A DNA stretch of 64,000 bases from Moniliella sp. 'wahieum' (lineage: Eukaryota), in assembly GCA_003971905.1 (NCBI GenBank), contig RSEE01000017.1, positions 558,001 through 622,000 on the forward strand, read 5' to 3'. Positions 25,042 through 38,934 of the stretch are shown piece by piece. The notes under the pieces were generated by a model that was not told where the DNA came from, ran no database searches, and worked only from the letters and a program-made list of their open reading frames with translations. Positions within the stretch are counted from its first letter, which is position 1, and each line of letters opens with the position of its first letter. The position numbers were made by a program, and so were the translations under genes.

Positions 25042-28000
25042 ATGTCAGAGTCCGGGAACCTCAAGGTCGTCGTCCGCTGCCGGCCGATGAACAGCCGGAG
25101 AAGGCGCGCGGGCGGCGTACCTGGTGGAGGTAGTCGATGACCATCAACTCGTCCTCCACCCTCCCACCGAGGGAGACACCAAGGAGAATGCGCGTGCGAC
25201 CAAAAAGAAACCGGCGCCGTTCAGCTTCGACCGCATGTTTGGCGAGAACACCCAACAGCAGGAGGTGTTTGACTTTATGGGCGTGGAGCTGATCGACCAT
25301 GCGTTTGCCGGGTTCAACACCTGCGTGTTTGCCTATGGCCAGACCGGCTCGGGCAAGTCACATTCGATGGTGGGCTACGCAGCAGAACGAGGTCTGATCC
25401 CACTCACCTGCCAGCATCTGTTTGACCAGATTGCTGTCCACAGCGCCGACCCTAACTTGACGTGTTCTGTCGAGGTGTCCTATTTTGAGATCTACAACGA
25501 AAAGGTGCACGACCTGCTCAACCCAAAAAACAAGTCCAACCTCAAAGTCCGCGAGCACCCTCTCTATGGACCCTACGTCGAAGACTGAGCAAGCTCGTCG
25601 TTAGCGACTTTGACGGCATCGAGTCCCTCATGGACGAGGGCAACAAGGCGCGTACGTCGCTGCCACTAACATGAATGCCACCTCATCCCGTTCCCACGCC
25701 GTAATCACACTGCTCCTGACCCAAAAACGGAAGGACCCTGACTCAAAGACAGAGAGCGAAAAGTGAGCCGGATCAGGTACGTGCCCCCCCCCCCTCTTGC
25801 CCCCTTTGCCTCTTCTTTCTTCACTTGATTGCCATGCATTCGGGCTAACAGGATCACAGTCTCGTTGACCTTGCCGGGTCGGAACGGGCCAACTCGACGG
25901 GTGCAACAGGTGCCCGACTTAAGGAGGGCGCCAACATCAATCGTTCTCTCACAACTTTGGGAAAGGTCATTGCCGCACTGTCAAAAGAGTCCGAGGCGCC
26001 CAAGGGCCCCAAAAAGAAGGGAGGACTGGACAGTTTCGTGCCGTACCGCGATTCGATCCTGACGTGGCTGCTTAAGGATTCTCTAGCGGTAACAGCAAGA
26101 CTGCCATGATCGCCGCCATTTCCCCAGGGACTATTGAGACGCTGAGTACATTACGCTATGCCGACCAGGCCAAGAAGATCCAGAACAAGGCCGTGGTAAA
26201 CGAAGACCCAAACGCCAAACTTATTCGCCAACTCAAGGAGGAACTCGAAATGCTCCGCCAACGCGCCGGCATTGCGCCTGGCGTCAAGTTGGGCGCAGGG
26301 CTGGCGCAGGTATCGCTATGGCCGCAGGTGGTGGTGGCGGGACAGCTGGCGCGGACGGGGCAGGTCTGCTTGCCGATACGTTTGATCCCTCCCTGCCCCC
26401 GTCGGAGCAAGTCATTCACTACCAGACAGCCTCTGGGGTTGTCAAGACAGTGACCAAGGCCGAGCTGGAGGAACAGATGGAGGAGAATGAGAAGCTCGTA
26501 TCGTCTCTCCAAGAGGTTGGGAGCAAAAGATCCAACGTACAGAAGAGATCCATCGTGAACCGAACAAGCCCTGGGCATGGGCATCACCATTGATAAGGCC
26601 AACATTGGAGTTCACATGCCGCGTTTCCTGCCCCACCTAGTCAACCTCAACGAGGACCCACTCATGTCCGAGTGCCTTATCTACCAGATCAAGCTCGGCA
26701 CCACTGTTGTCTGCCGCGCGAAGAGGAGCGAACCAGGCTTGGGCCCGAAGAGCATGAGTGGGGTCACATTCGTCTCTCCGGTACCCGCATCTTGCCCCGG
26801 CACTGCCTCATTACCAACGTCGCAGGTAAGGTGACGATCGAGGCATTGGACGATAGCCTGACAATGGTCAATGGCCGCCAACTGGCCCGGGGAGAGAACG
26901 TCGACTTCACTCGGGCTTCCGTGTGATTCTGGGCGACACGCACGTGTTTCGCTTCAACCACCCAGAGGAGCGCGACGGCGCGTGGACGCCAGTATCCACC
27001 CTTCTACTGCTGGAACCCCAAGCTGGACCGTCCGCCGCTACTCACTGGTCAGGCCCCGACCGCCACATCCGATGCTCCATCACAAGCTTCCCCCGACCCC
27101 GCCTCCCCGTCCCTGGGGCCACCGATGGGTGCGGACGGGACCGGTACCCCTGCAATGGGTGATATTCCCAGCTCGGACGACGTAGACGATCGTGACTGGG
27201 ACTGGACGGCAGCGCGGCGGGAGGCAGCCCTGGCGGCACTGAAAGGCGAACACATCTCTTTCGAAAAGTTCCAAGAGGAGGAGCTGGAGAAACTGTTTGA
27301 CGATGTGCAGAAGGCCCACTGTCCAAGCGGCTCGGCACGCCGTCGGGCACATCCAGCCCCGCAACCCCTCGGTCCGACCACCATTGCCAGAGGAAGAGGA
27401 GTGGGGCAATGCTTGGGATGCAGTTCCTGGCCTGGGGTTGGGCACAGTGGCGAGCACCAGCACGCCTGACGAGGAGGTACGGGCAAGCGTGCCCACGCCA
27501 GACGGTACTGGTTCGGTGTCGGATTGGCGCGCGAAGCCTGCCTGCTCAAGGCCAAGATGCGCGCGTACGAGGCACAGATGCCGCCGATACCGCGCAACAG
27601 GGGCGTACCTTTGACGCCTCGAGAGCGTGCGGTCGCGCGCAAGTGCCTTGCGCGTTGGCGTGCTGCTCATGGCTTCCGCATGGCCGAGGCGGTACTGCAG
27701 AACGTCGTACTGCTTAAGCAGGCCAATGTACTAGCGCACCAGCTTGGTGAACATACCGTTTACCAGTTCACCGTCGTTGGTCCTGATGCGGCGCGCGAGA
27801 GCAAGTATACCCCATCCGCCCGGATCGCCGGATTGGACGGCCTGGAGGAGATGGATGACCCGGCGTTGGCAGCGGCCGACAAACCCTGTGTCGGAGTCAA
27901 GGTGTTGGACTACCATGCTACCCAGGTGCACATCTGGAGCCTTAGCAAGCTCCAGGACCGAGTAAGCAAGATGCGTGCTTTGGCTGCCACAGCGGCCAAC

Positions 28001-30745
28001 CCGGGTGTGCTCAAGTTTTTTCTCTGCCCCACGAGGACAAGGGGGGGTACACATATGTCGGCGGGCGCTTGTCAGCTTGCTGACCGTCTTGAAGCAAGTG
28101 AAGCATGCCACGTTTGAGCGAGTGCCAGTGTACAACCCGCACGAGCAACAGGTCAGCGGCCCTCCGTGCCCAACTCCGTTTCGTTTCTCTCACCCCGGCT
28201 GCCGAGCAAGGTAAAGATGGAGACGACGGGGAAACGAAGGGGAGTACGGGTACGGATGCTGATGCTGATGCGGGGGCGGGGCGGGAGCGGGAACGGGGAC
28301 AGAGGAGGCAAGACTGAGCTTTTCTCTCGTGGTCGACCAGTGGCTGGGTTCAACACGGACCACTACGCTGCGGTGCACCTGCAGGTCCGCCATGCCCAGC
28401 CCGGAGCGCGGCCAACACAGAACAGAACCCAGCGGTTGCAACGAGCTCCGCTCGTCTGGCTTCCCGATACCGGTCCCACTGTGACGGCGTGCACGGCAAG
28501 CACGCCCGTCGAGCTCACCTCGCGTGCCAAGTGGAAGAAGTGCGGTTGCGCAAGACATTCACCCTCCGTTCACCCGGCTGTGCTGGCGCATCTGCGAGAA
28601 GATCCGCTGGAGATTGAGCTGCACGCCCAACTCACCCCTGAATACCTGGAACAAGTCGAGGCGTACGACCTGTCGCGCACTGCGTTGGCCCGCCTTCCGC
28701 AGCCCCGTGTGCGCGAGGAGGAGGAGCGTGTGCTCACTCCTGCTCAGGAGGGCGGACTGCTGCTTCCGCCCCAGCCGGACGGGGGCGTTCACCCCCCGCC
28801 CGCTCTGCCGGGCACCGACACCGACCCAGCTGCCTCGGCGCGGCAGCCCGAGACGGAGATGCGGCTGGAGGAGCACCACGATGTGGTGGCGAGTGTGCAG
28901 TTGTGCGAGGTCGGGGAGCAGGGATATGAGCCCGTGGCTGTTGTGCCCGGGCCATTTACCCATACGGATCCTAGCTTCTTTTCTCCCGCCCGGCTTGAGC
29001 GTGGGCATGGCTGTCCCACGCAAGACCATCATCCCCTCGCTTGATGGGAATGTGTTTCTCCTGCGGCAGGGGCTGCAGCGCAAGATTACACTTCGCCTGC
29101 GCTCTGAGAGCGGCCGCCAACTGGGTGGGTCGGGTTGCGTCCCTTCAGCTCGGCCGGGTGCGACGGGTGGACGATGCGTTGCGGGTCACCACGTCCCACG
29201 AGGCTGGCGCCGACATGGCTTCTCTTCCAAGCGAAGGCGGGCCAAAGCAAGACGGACAAGCAAGCCAATCTGACGCATTTGTATCGCTGCCAGTGCCGCC
29301 GGCCAGCAGAGCTTGACGTTCCGGGAGGATGGGACAAGTGAGCTGCAAGCTTGGGCGTGGTGGGATTCGAGCGTGCACGAGTCAACGCTACTGACGGCGG
29401 TGAGTGGCGAGGCACGGGCTCTCCTGCGTGTGCGGGTGGGCCTAGACGTGCCAGCGAGCGAGATGGAGGGCATGGCAAGCTACGGTGCGCCGGATGGTGT
29501 GATCCTCGAACTGGATGTACCCGTGCAGATTCAACGGCGCGACCCCAAGACGTTGCTGTCCAAGTTACGCGGCCGCTTCCTGCCGCCGCCTCTGCCAAGC
29601 GAGGAGCGTCGGTCTACTTTCCTCCTCTCGCTCGTTGTCCGGCCAGGGTTGACCACCAAGCGCCAAGAGCTCTGGCGGGTGGACACGGCCAACACCTATG
29701 TGCGCGGACAAGAGACGCTGGCAGGACAGTGGCGTCCACGACGCTATCGCTCCTGAGAGAGTACTACGATGCTCATGCGCTCGCCCGCCGCCGCGCCGAG
29801 GTTGCTGCCGTCCGAGCGTGGCTGGTAACCGATGCACTCAAGCCCCCCAGCACATATCCACCCCCCCGTTGCCCCCGTCTTAGACCCGCAGGCACGGGAG
29901 GAAGAGGTGGTGGCCTACTGGGGCCAGCTCGTCGCTCGCCGCCGGGCCACCGTCGCGTTTACCCACGAGGCTACGGCAGTGCGCAGTGCCGCGGCAGCTG
30001 CGAAGCGCGCTATGGGCGCGTGCCGGACACGCCTCCACCCGACGTGCCAGAGCTGCACTGGGGTGCCGCCCCGAGCGTGGCGGGGCGGAGCAAAGCATTG
30101 GGAAGCGGCTAGCTGCGGCTGTCGCTGCAGCCCCCGCCCCTCCGCGGCGGCAGCCACAGCCAATGGAAACGGCACCTCTTCCCCGTCGTCATTGTCAGTA
30201 TCGGCAGCCTCATCGGCCACAATCGCACCGCCATCGCGCCGGATGCGGTGCGTGGTGCAGGTCACGATGGTGGGAGGGGGAGACTTGCCGATGGCTCCGG
30301 TGGGTCGGCGGGTGCCGCCTGGATCGGGCTACTTTGCAGGGGCGTTGGGGGTGCTGTCGCCCACGGAGGAGACGGTGCGGGCGCGATTTGCAGTGTTGCG
30401 GCGGCCGTACCTGTTCCTGCACCACGTGGTCGATGGCGGGCCGGGCGGGCTGATGTGATCGTTGGGCTTTCGACGGTACGGGCGGTGCACGAGCGGCACA
30501 CGGAGTGCTGTTGGGCAAGTCGAATGTGTTTACCCTCTACACGCCGGCCAACTCGTGGCTCTTCCAAGCGCCATCGCGCGCGGAACTGGAAGGCTGGATG
30601 TACGTTTCCTCTGCCTCCCCTCCTGCTATCTTTGGTGTTCTCTGCCCTGCGTTCTGGGAACGCGGCTCTGTGCATGTGTACTGACCTGCGCCTCTCCATC
30701 CAAACCAACAGGACCGCCCTCGACTCCCACGTAGCGTTTGAGTAA
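25042..30745 (+). CDS. kin3: Kinesin-3 family motor (Unc104/KIF1-type)
   Basis: [73 protein letters not shown] plus FHA ([13 protein letters not shown]), AWWDSSVH, C-terminal PH domain (FAVLRRPYL). Introns 25777-25859 and 30600-30711; many indels. Confidence 0.95.
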
Positions 30746-30779
30746 ATGTGTTTTCGAATACCACTAGATTCCCCTCATT

Positions 30780-33641
30780 CTACTTTTGTGTTGCTTTGCC
30801 TGGGGCTACTCTGTGCCAAGGAAGCAGGCCTGGAGCAGCAGCCGCTTCCCCAGCCTTCACCCAACGATGCTTGTACCGTCTCAGAGTGCGCCTGCAGCTC
30901 GATGGAAGGTCCGAAGCAACTGTTTGTACCAGCCCAGGCGCCAGTACTGCTCCCAGTCCGCAGCCTCCGCCTTCTCTTCGCCGCTTTTTTCTTCCGCCTC
31001 GCCTCTCGGCCTCGGCCTCCACTCCCTTCTTTGCGTCCAGGCCTTGTGCCAGGCCCTGGACAACCGAGACCAACACGCGGCGCAGCTCTGCTCGACAGCC
31101 TCCAGCGCTTGCACCGTCGCGGCTCGTCTCTTCGTTGCCCGAACGCGAGCGCAACTGGGCCCCCGCACCGCAGCCTTCTCTAGTGCCAGTGTAGCCAGCT
31201 GCCCCCACAGCGGGCGGGACCAGGTGAGTTGAGTCGGCAAATAGATAGGTGAGCACGTCGTTGGGCTCCACAATCCTATACTGCAGTAACTTGTCCACCA
31301 CAATGGTTCCCCACTCGTCGTGTTCCCGCCAGAAGCGCAGCGCGGCCGCAAGGAGCGTAACACGCATCTCCTCTGTTTCGCTAAGTGCGCGCAGCAGTGG
31401 GTGGTACCGCTCCACAACGTTCAGCAGGGTGAAAGGAGCGCGACCCAGAAGCAGCAACAGGAAAGTGCCAGCTCGCCAATTTGTCGGTTCGCCTCATCGG
31501 CTGAGGTAGCACCACCGAGAGGGCGAAGGGTGCGCTCTCCTGTTACCTCATCGGTCGATGCAGCGAGAAAGTCGGGCTCGACTTCCAGTTCGTCCCCGGG
31601 CATGCGAGGAGGGAGCTGCTGAGACGGGCCAGCATGGCTTGGACCTCCTCGGATGACGCCTTGGAACGCAGCGCAGCCAGCACCCGATTTGCCGGGACGA
31701 CCAGGGCAGCCTTGCTGGGATCGCCACCCTGATCGGGCGGCGCATAGTCAAACACCCGCTGGCTCGTGGGGCGGAAGTGCTCCTGCCGCCAGAGCAGGGG
31801 GGAGAAGGGCCTTGATCCGGTCATAGTACGCCAGACGTACCATTTCCTGCACCAAATCCGTGACGAGCGTCTCCGCGGCTCTCCTACCGGCTCGTCCATC
31901 GCGCCCACCCACTCCCCCCACGCCCAGCCGTAGTTAAAGTTGCTCAAGTGCACACTGAACCAAGACGTAGTGCGAAGCAGCAACTCGGGTTCCACAGCAC
32001 CCGTGCCGAAGGCCAAGTACAGACGGCGTAGCGTCTTACCAATTGCAGGGGCGACCGTGGCCGGAGCGAGACTCACCACCTCACGCAAGAGGGTGGCATA
32101 GTACAGCACGGGGTAGGGCGGACGCGGCAAGAGCATCGCCATAGACAGGAAGCTTTCCACCAACAAGTCCTCCAAGATCAGTGGGGACACGTCGGATGTA
32201 CGTGGCACCCCCAGACTGCCTCAGCGTCCACCTCAGGTACGTCGTATAGCAGTGGGGTCAGCCCTGCTCAGGGTCGGTGCGGCCACCAAAGACGCCCTGG
32301 GAACCAATGTGGGAGCTGAGTGAGCACCCGTGCAGCTTCTCGTCGATTCGGTTCGTACAGGTCCACCAGGTCTTCCACCACACTGCGCAGCACCACCGAG
32401 GCGACCGAGCCCGGGTTTGGGGTTGAACCGCCCATCCAACGCAGCAAAACCATCTTGTCCCGTAGGGCCCGCGCCCCGAACGGGCCACCTGTTCTGCACG
32501 GGCGGCGGGGTCGGTTGCAGCACGCGCAGCCGGCGGTTCGACCTGCAAGTCCTCCAACGGATCCGACAGCAACGCAACTCATCCGATTCGGGCGGGATAA
32601 GCGTCTCTGGTACCTGAGCGGCAATGGCCGAGGTGGCGGCTTGTTGCAACCGAGATGCCGTATCGGGCGGAACGAGAGCGGCGAGATGAGGGAGGAACGG
32701 AAGATGGGGGAAGCGGAGGGTGCGCATCGTGGTGAGCGCATGCACTTTGGACCCAAACGATTCGGTCACTAGATGGGGCACGTCCGCGTCCTCGGCAAAA
32801 GGAACAACCAGTTCCTGCGACACACGCCGCGCTGATCATACGCAGTCACGGCATCGACAAGGGGATCCAAGTCTGCAGCGCCACTGCCATGGGCGGGGTG
32901 CGACTCGGTTTCGTCGGCGTTGGCGTCGTCGGGTAAGCCAGAAGGGCGCGAGAAAGCGAGGTAAGGCCCGGCAAAGAGTAACGCCTCGATAATGACTTCG
33001 GCGGCCCAATCCGCGTGCAGCGGTAACCGCCGGTTCACCGAGCACGGCAGCAAACGCGGCCAGCAAAGAAAGAAGCGAGGCACGGTCCAAAAGGCCGACG
33101 CCGGCCATAAGGGCAAAGAAGCGAACCTGGAGACGGACCGAGCGCCAGAAGCGTTGGTCCAAGAACGAGCGGAAGGCGCGAAGCATGGCATCGATAATGG
33201 CCTCCTTCAAATCCACAGCGGTCTGGTCGGGGGCAAGGTCCGGCGGGGGCACACCCAGGCCCTCTGGCTCGAGCGGGCGGCGCGGCGCGGGGGGGGTGTA
33301 GGCCAGCACGCAGAGGAGGGCGAGGAGGAGCGGATGCTTGTGGGGCTGCTCGGTGACGGCGGCGAGGAAGGCCTTGGTGATGGTGGGCGTGGCCTTGGAG
33401 GAGGCAGCGGCAGTGCCATCGACGAGCTCGGCGGCGATGGCGTACATCTCGCTCGCCGCATGAAAGTCGGCGGGCTCGCCGAGGTTGAGGACGATGCGGC
33501 GGAAGCGCGCGAGCCAGGCGGCGTCGCGGGCGGCGGGGTCGTCGCGCGACCAGCCGAGCGGCCGCCGCGGCCGCCACGCCGCGGCCACCCGGGGCGGGGC
33601 GGGTAGCCGTACTTGTCGTCGCCGGGCGCGTCGGAGGGCAT
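30780..33641 (-). CDS. CBP80: Nuclear cap-binding complex large subunit (CBP80/NCBP1/Sto1)
   Basis: AVTEQPHKHP, FWRSVRLQVRFF, WFSVHLSNFNYGWAWGEW, LNVVERYHPLLR, IVVDKLLQYRIVEP; basic/RGG N-terminus. Confidence 0.9.
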
Positions 33642-33907
33642 GGTGGGCGCGTCGCTGGGATGGCGGCGACGGATGGATGCGCTCGGCCTCGACGATACCC
33701 TCGAGGCGGCCGGGCGGAAGGGGCGGAAGCAGGCGGAAGCGCGCGGGCGGAATGGGCGCCGGGCGGAAGCGCGCCGGGCGGGCGACCGGTGAGCTCAGCG
33801 GTGCGGGGCTGGGCTGCTCCACCCGGCCGTGGCCTCCACGCCGTCGCCATCGCCGCCGTCGTCCCCACCATCCCCACCGCCTCCGCCGCCGCCGCCCCCA
33901 CCTCCGC

Positions 33908-36597
33908 ATGTCGACCTTCTTTGCGCGGCAGCAGCAGGTCGCTGCGCTCGACCCCCGCCTCGGCGGCCTGCTCGCCAGCGCCGGCCTCTACAACCTCAAG
34001 GCGCTCATCAAGGCCATCCGCGCCTGCAAGACGCTCGCCGACGAGCGCAGCCTCATCCAGAAGGAGAGCGCCGCCATCCGCGCCGCCTTCCGCGACGAGG
34101 ACTCGTTTGCCCGCCACAACAACATCGCCAAGCTCCTCTACATCTACATGCTCGGCTACCCCGCCCACTTTGGCCAGATCGAGTGTCTGAAGCTCGTCGC
34201 CTCCCCGCGCTTTGCCGACAAGCGCCTCGGCTACCTCGGCATCATGCTCCTGCTCGACGAGAGCACCGAGGTGCTGACGCTGCTCACCAACGGCCTCAAG
34301 AACGACCTCAACCACAGCAACATGTACATCGTTGGCCTTGCCCTCTGCACCTTGGCGACATTGCGTCCAGGAAATGTCGCGCGACCTCAGCCACGAGATC
34401 GAGACGCTGCTCGGCTCGTCGAGCAACGCTACCTGCGCCGCAAGGCTCCTGCTCTAGTGCGCTCCGTGTGGTGCGTAAGGTGCCCGACCTTATTGACCAT
34501 TTCCTGCCCCGCACACGCACCCTCCTCAGCGACAAGAACCACGGCGTGAGCTCTGCGCCGCCACGCTGGCCCTCGCCCTCATTGCGGCGACGAGACGAAT
34601 GCCAGCATGGAAAGTCTCCGCGTGTGCCCCATCTCGTGCGCACGCTCAAGAACCTCGTCACCACGGGCTATTCGCCGGAGCATGACGTCAACGGCATCAC
34701 CGATCCTTTCTTGCAGGTCCAGATTCTGCGTCTCCTTCGCGTGCTTGGCCACGGCGACCGCGTCACTCTGAGCGCATCAACGACATCCTTGCTCAGGTTG
34801 CACCAACACCGAGGCCTCAAAGAACGTCGGAAACGCCATCCTCTACGAGACCGTACGCACTGTGCTCGACATTGATGCAGAAAATGGTTTGCGCGTCATG
34901 GCCATCAACATCCTGGGTAAGTTCCTCAGCAACCGCGACAACAATATCCGCTACGTTGCCCTCAACACCCTCAACAAGGTCGTCTCTATCGACACCAACG
35001 CTGTTCAGCGCCACCGCGCCATCGTCCTCGACTGTCTCCGTGACGGTGACATTTCCATCCGCCGCCGCGCCCTCGAGCTCACCTATGCCCTCATCACTGC
35101 CGCCAATGTGCGTGTGTTGGCGCGCGAGCTTCTCTCTTTCCTCGAGGTGGCCGACAATGAGTTCAAGACTACGCTGACGCTTCAGCTTTGGATTGCTAGT
35201 GTGCGTTTGCACCTAGTGCACGCTGGCATCTCGACACAGCCCTTCGCATGCTTGTCCTTGCTGGCGCTTATGTGCGGGAAGACGTGCTGAGCGGAATGTT
35301 GCGCCTCATTGCTGAGCACACCGAACTGCAGGCCTACGCGTGAAGAAACTGTTTGCTGCCTTACACCGCGACCTGAGCCAAGAGGCTGACCATTGCGGCT
35401 GTCTGGGCTGTGGGCGAGTACGGTGACCTTCTCCTTGCCCCACTTACCAGCGCGGAAGCCCAGGACAAGGACGACGCCGACCTGACCCAGGCCGTGACGG
35501 GAGCGATGGCGGTGGACCTACTGGCTACCCTCCTCGGCTCGCCCTACGCCACAGAAAAAGTTCGACAGTTTGTGCTGGTTGCCCTGGCCAAACTCAGTGT
35601 GCGCCTCCCGGATGGAAGCACTGATGAAGTGGCTCGGATTGAGCGCTGTTGGCCACTTACCGTGCCACCGTCGAGCTCGATGTGCAACAGCGTGCCGTCG
35701 AGCTCTCTGCTCTTCTCCACCTCCCAGCACGATGTGACGACTGCCGTGCTGGAAAGCATGCCGCTGCCGGAGCCACGTCGGGACCCACTTACCGAGTTGG
35801 CCCCAGCGCCTGCCGCTTCTGCTTCTTCTGCTGCTCCTGCCCCAAGCAACGGAGAAAGTAACCTCCTCGATTTGCTGGGGGAAGACACTGCCTCCCCTGC
35901 CCCAGTTGCCGGCAGCTCTGCCCCGGCGGCTGCTACAGCCCAGTCGACCCAAGACCTGCTGTTGGATATCTTTGGTTCGGGACCGTCGGCGCCTGCACCG
36001 GCCCGCAGACCAGCAGCAGCACCAAAGACGACTTGCTCTCCCTCTTTGGTTCCGGCCCCGCTGCTGCTGCTCCGGCTGCCACGCCCGCCCCTACCATAGC
36101 TTCGACTGCTCCTCCAGCGCCCGCGACAATGGATGCGCTCGACCTGCTCGGCTTGGGCGGCACCTCCTCCCACCGCCATGCCCGCGGCCGTGCCCGCGGC
36201 CGTGCCTGCTGCCTGCTCCTACCCCGGCACCAGCTGTGGCGGCAGCTGAGCCTACCGAGTACACTGCGTTCACTGCCGATGGTCTGACCATCACCCTGAC
36301 TCCGCGTGTGGATGCGAACAAGAAGGCAGTGGTGATTGCCGCTCGGTTTACCAATCAGTCCGAAGCGTTGGAGCAGTTGGCGTTCCAAGCGGCGGTGCCG
36401 CGCTCGCAGAAACTGCAGATGCAGCCGTTATCGGCTACTTCGCTTGCTCCTGGAGCCGAGGCGACCAACTGATGCGCGTCCTCGCCCCGGCCGGTGGGAG
36501 CATCAAGCTCCGCCTTCGGATCTCCTTTGCCCGGGCAGGCGAGAACAAGCAACACCAAGTCGACTTTGCTGGGTTTCCCGCTGACTTGCTTGCCTAA
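33908..36597 (+). CDS. APL4: AP-1 adaptor complex gamma subunit (gamma-adaptin)
   Basis: [78 protein letters not shown] hinge motifs, ear domain [15 protein letters not shown]; stop at 36595-36597. Confidence 0.96.
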
Positions 36598-36817
36598 GAC
36601 CGAATGTACAAATGTACACCCCCATACGCCTGTTCGGTGTGTGGATGTCTATGGCCCTGTGCCCCGCAATCGCATCTGCTTCGTAATCCTCCCACCCCCC
36701 CCACCCTGCTAGATAGATATGTGAGAGAAGAGAAGTATGTGTGTGTTTGGCTCGGGACGCTGGGAGCGACCCTTTGGATCGCTCATTCATCAACGTTCAA
36801 CGTGGACACCCTCTTCA

Positions 36818-38719
36818 TTAGCCCATTCGCACCTGCTTCAACAACTCCTCTGCCTCATCCGACACCTGGTGCCGGCCAAGACGACTTTTTGCAGGTACTC
36901 CCGAGCCAGGGCGAGGTTGCCCCCCCCTCACTGTCGGACGCGGGCTGTAACTCGTGTCGGGCTGCAGCGAGGTAACTGCGTGCGTAGCGAGCCAAGCCAC
37001 CGGGAAGCGTTTCCCCTCTCTCGTCGTCGGCGGGGTGGAGGAGGTGGGCATCAACAAGCGCAACGAGACGAAGGTGCCAACGCAGTGCCTCCTTCCCTCC
37101 GTTCGAGCAGCGCAACAATCCGTTCCACCGCGGCAATCGTCGCTGCCCGGTCGGGGCGGCAGGCCAATTGTCGTTCGTACGCCTCGAGCCTGCGCGGGCT
37201 GCCCTAACTTCTCGTAACACGCGCCCAGCGCGAGCCAGATCCGAGGATCGTACGGACGCACCGCAGCTGCTCGCGCATAATAGTACACCGCATACCCCCA
37301 TGCCTCACTCAACTCGTACACCTGCCCCAGCCCGTGCCACGAACGAAATCGTCCGGGTCCAACGCCAATGCTCGGCGGTACATCTCACTCGCTGCCGGCG
37401 CATTCTTCAGTTCGACGTACTCGTGTCCGAGCAAGACCCAGGCCATTACGCACCCCATGTCCAGCCGCAGCGCACGTTGGAACGCGCAATCGCCCGCGCT
37501 CGGTCCCCACGTGCATTGTGGTAGTTGCCCAGCAACACGCATACCCCAGCATCGCTCGCGGCTAGCGGCGCCAGTCGATCCGCCAGCTGCGCCAGCGTCG
37601 TGCGGTCCCGCAGAAGGTGAAGCGAGTTGCTGTATTCGGCCAGGCCGGCTGTGGCGTACGGATCGTGCGTATATACCTCGGCAAATAGCGCGCACGCCTC
37701 GGCATGGTGCATGGCCGTGTGCGCTGAGAGGCACGGGCGTCAAGAGGTACGTCGAGCCGGGGAAGGCGGTGGAGAGCACATCTTGCCGTCGGCAGTCGCC
37801 TCCTCGTCCCGAGCATGCGTGCGCAAGTGCATCTCGACAAAAAACGTCGTCATAAACGAGGGAGGTAACCAGTCCGCAATGTCGGCCAAGTCAAAGGTAG
37901 AAGGCGTGAGACAGGTACTGAGCTCGCGCCAGGCAGACCAGTTGTACGGCACGAGACGGAGAGAACGAACGAGGCAATCGGCCGCTTCGGCCGACTTGTT
38001 CAGCCGAGCAAAGAGTGTGCCCTTGAGGTACAGCAGGTACCCATCGGTAGGCTTGACCAGCTCCGCGAGCAACGGCAGAAGTTGTCCGTCTGGACCGGGT
38101 GCCTGGCCAGGCAGATGGGGCAGGATACGTTGGCTATCGAGCCGCGCGCGCTCGGCCAAAAGGAAACGGCTGTACAGACTTAGAAAATCCGCGCGCGCAT
38201 CCCCACGCACACGCTCCAACATCTCCGCGCACCGCTCCAGCTGCGCCAAGCCAAAACTCAGCCGCGCAGCACGGAATATCGCCTGCGTAGCAGGATCGCT
38301 ATCCGACCCCGACACGCCAGAGGAGGCCGACAAGGGCGGCGGGAGAGTGCGCGCCGAGGCCGACGCGTCAAAGTGCACCCTCGGGCGGGCAGAGGGCCGG
38401 GCGGACGGGCAGGGGTGGAGGCAGTGGGAGCACAGGGGGTGTGGGCAGTGGAAAGACTGGTATCGGTGTCGGCGTCGGCGTCGGGCACGGGCACGGGGGG
38501 CGAGGCAAGGGGACCTGCCGCCGAAGCCGACGCCGAAACCGAGGCTGAAGCCGAAGCCGATGCTGGAGCGGCGTTCAGCGCACAGATGGCCATCTCCTGC
38601 GCCCACGCGGCGGCGTGGAGCAGCCCGCGCGCATCCAGCTCATTCGCGGCATCGGACAGGAGCGCGAACGCGTTGCTGCCGTCGGGCCAGTCTGACTCAA
38701 ACGCGAGCACGTCCGCCAT
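36818..38719 (-). CDS. CDC23: Anaphase-promoting complex subunit 8 (TPR protein)
   Basis: ELDARGLLHAAAWAQEM, DGYLLYLKG, PYNWSAWREL, DPY...EYSNSL, LLGNYH, AWVLLGHEYVELKN, YYYARAAAVRPYDPRIW. Confidence 0.93.
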
Positions 38720-38934
38720 TGGAGGGGGGGGGGGGGCAGTGCGCGTGTGATGGAGGTGGTGGTGGGGCGGCAAAAAGAATTGCACAACCAACTATATTAA
38801 TTTGGCGCGCTATGGAAGATCAACACGCAGATCATGTGGACTGGACTGCCTGGCTTTTTTTTGGCCCGCAAGCGAGGATGGATGGATGGGTATGGGTGAA
38901 CTTTTGGGGCGGCAAGCGAGCGCTTCTACATCGT

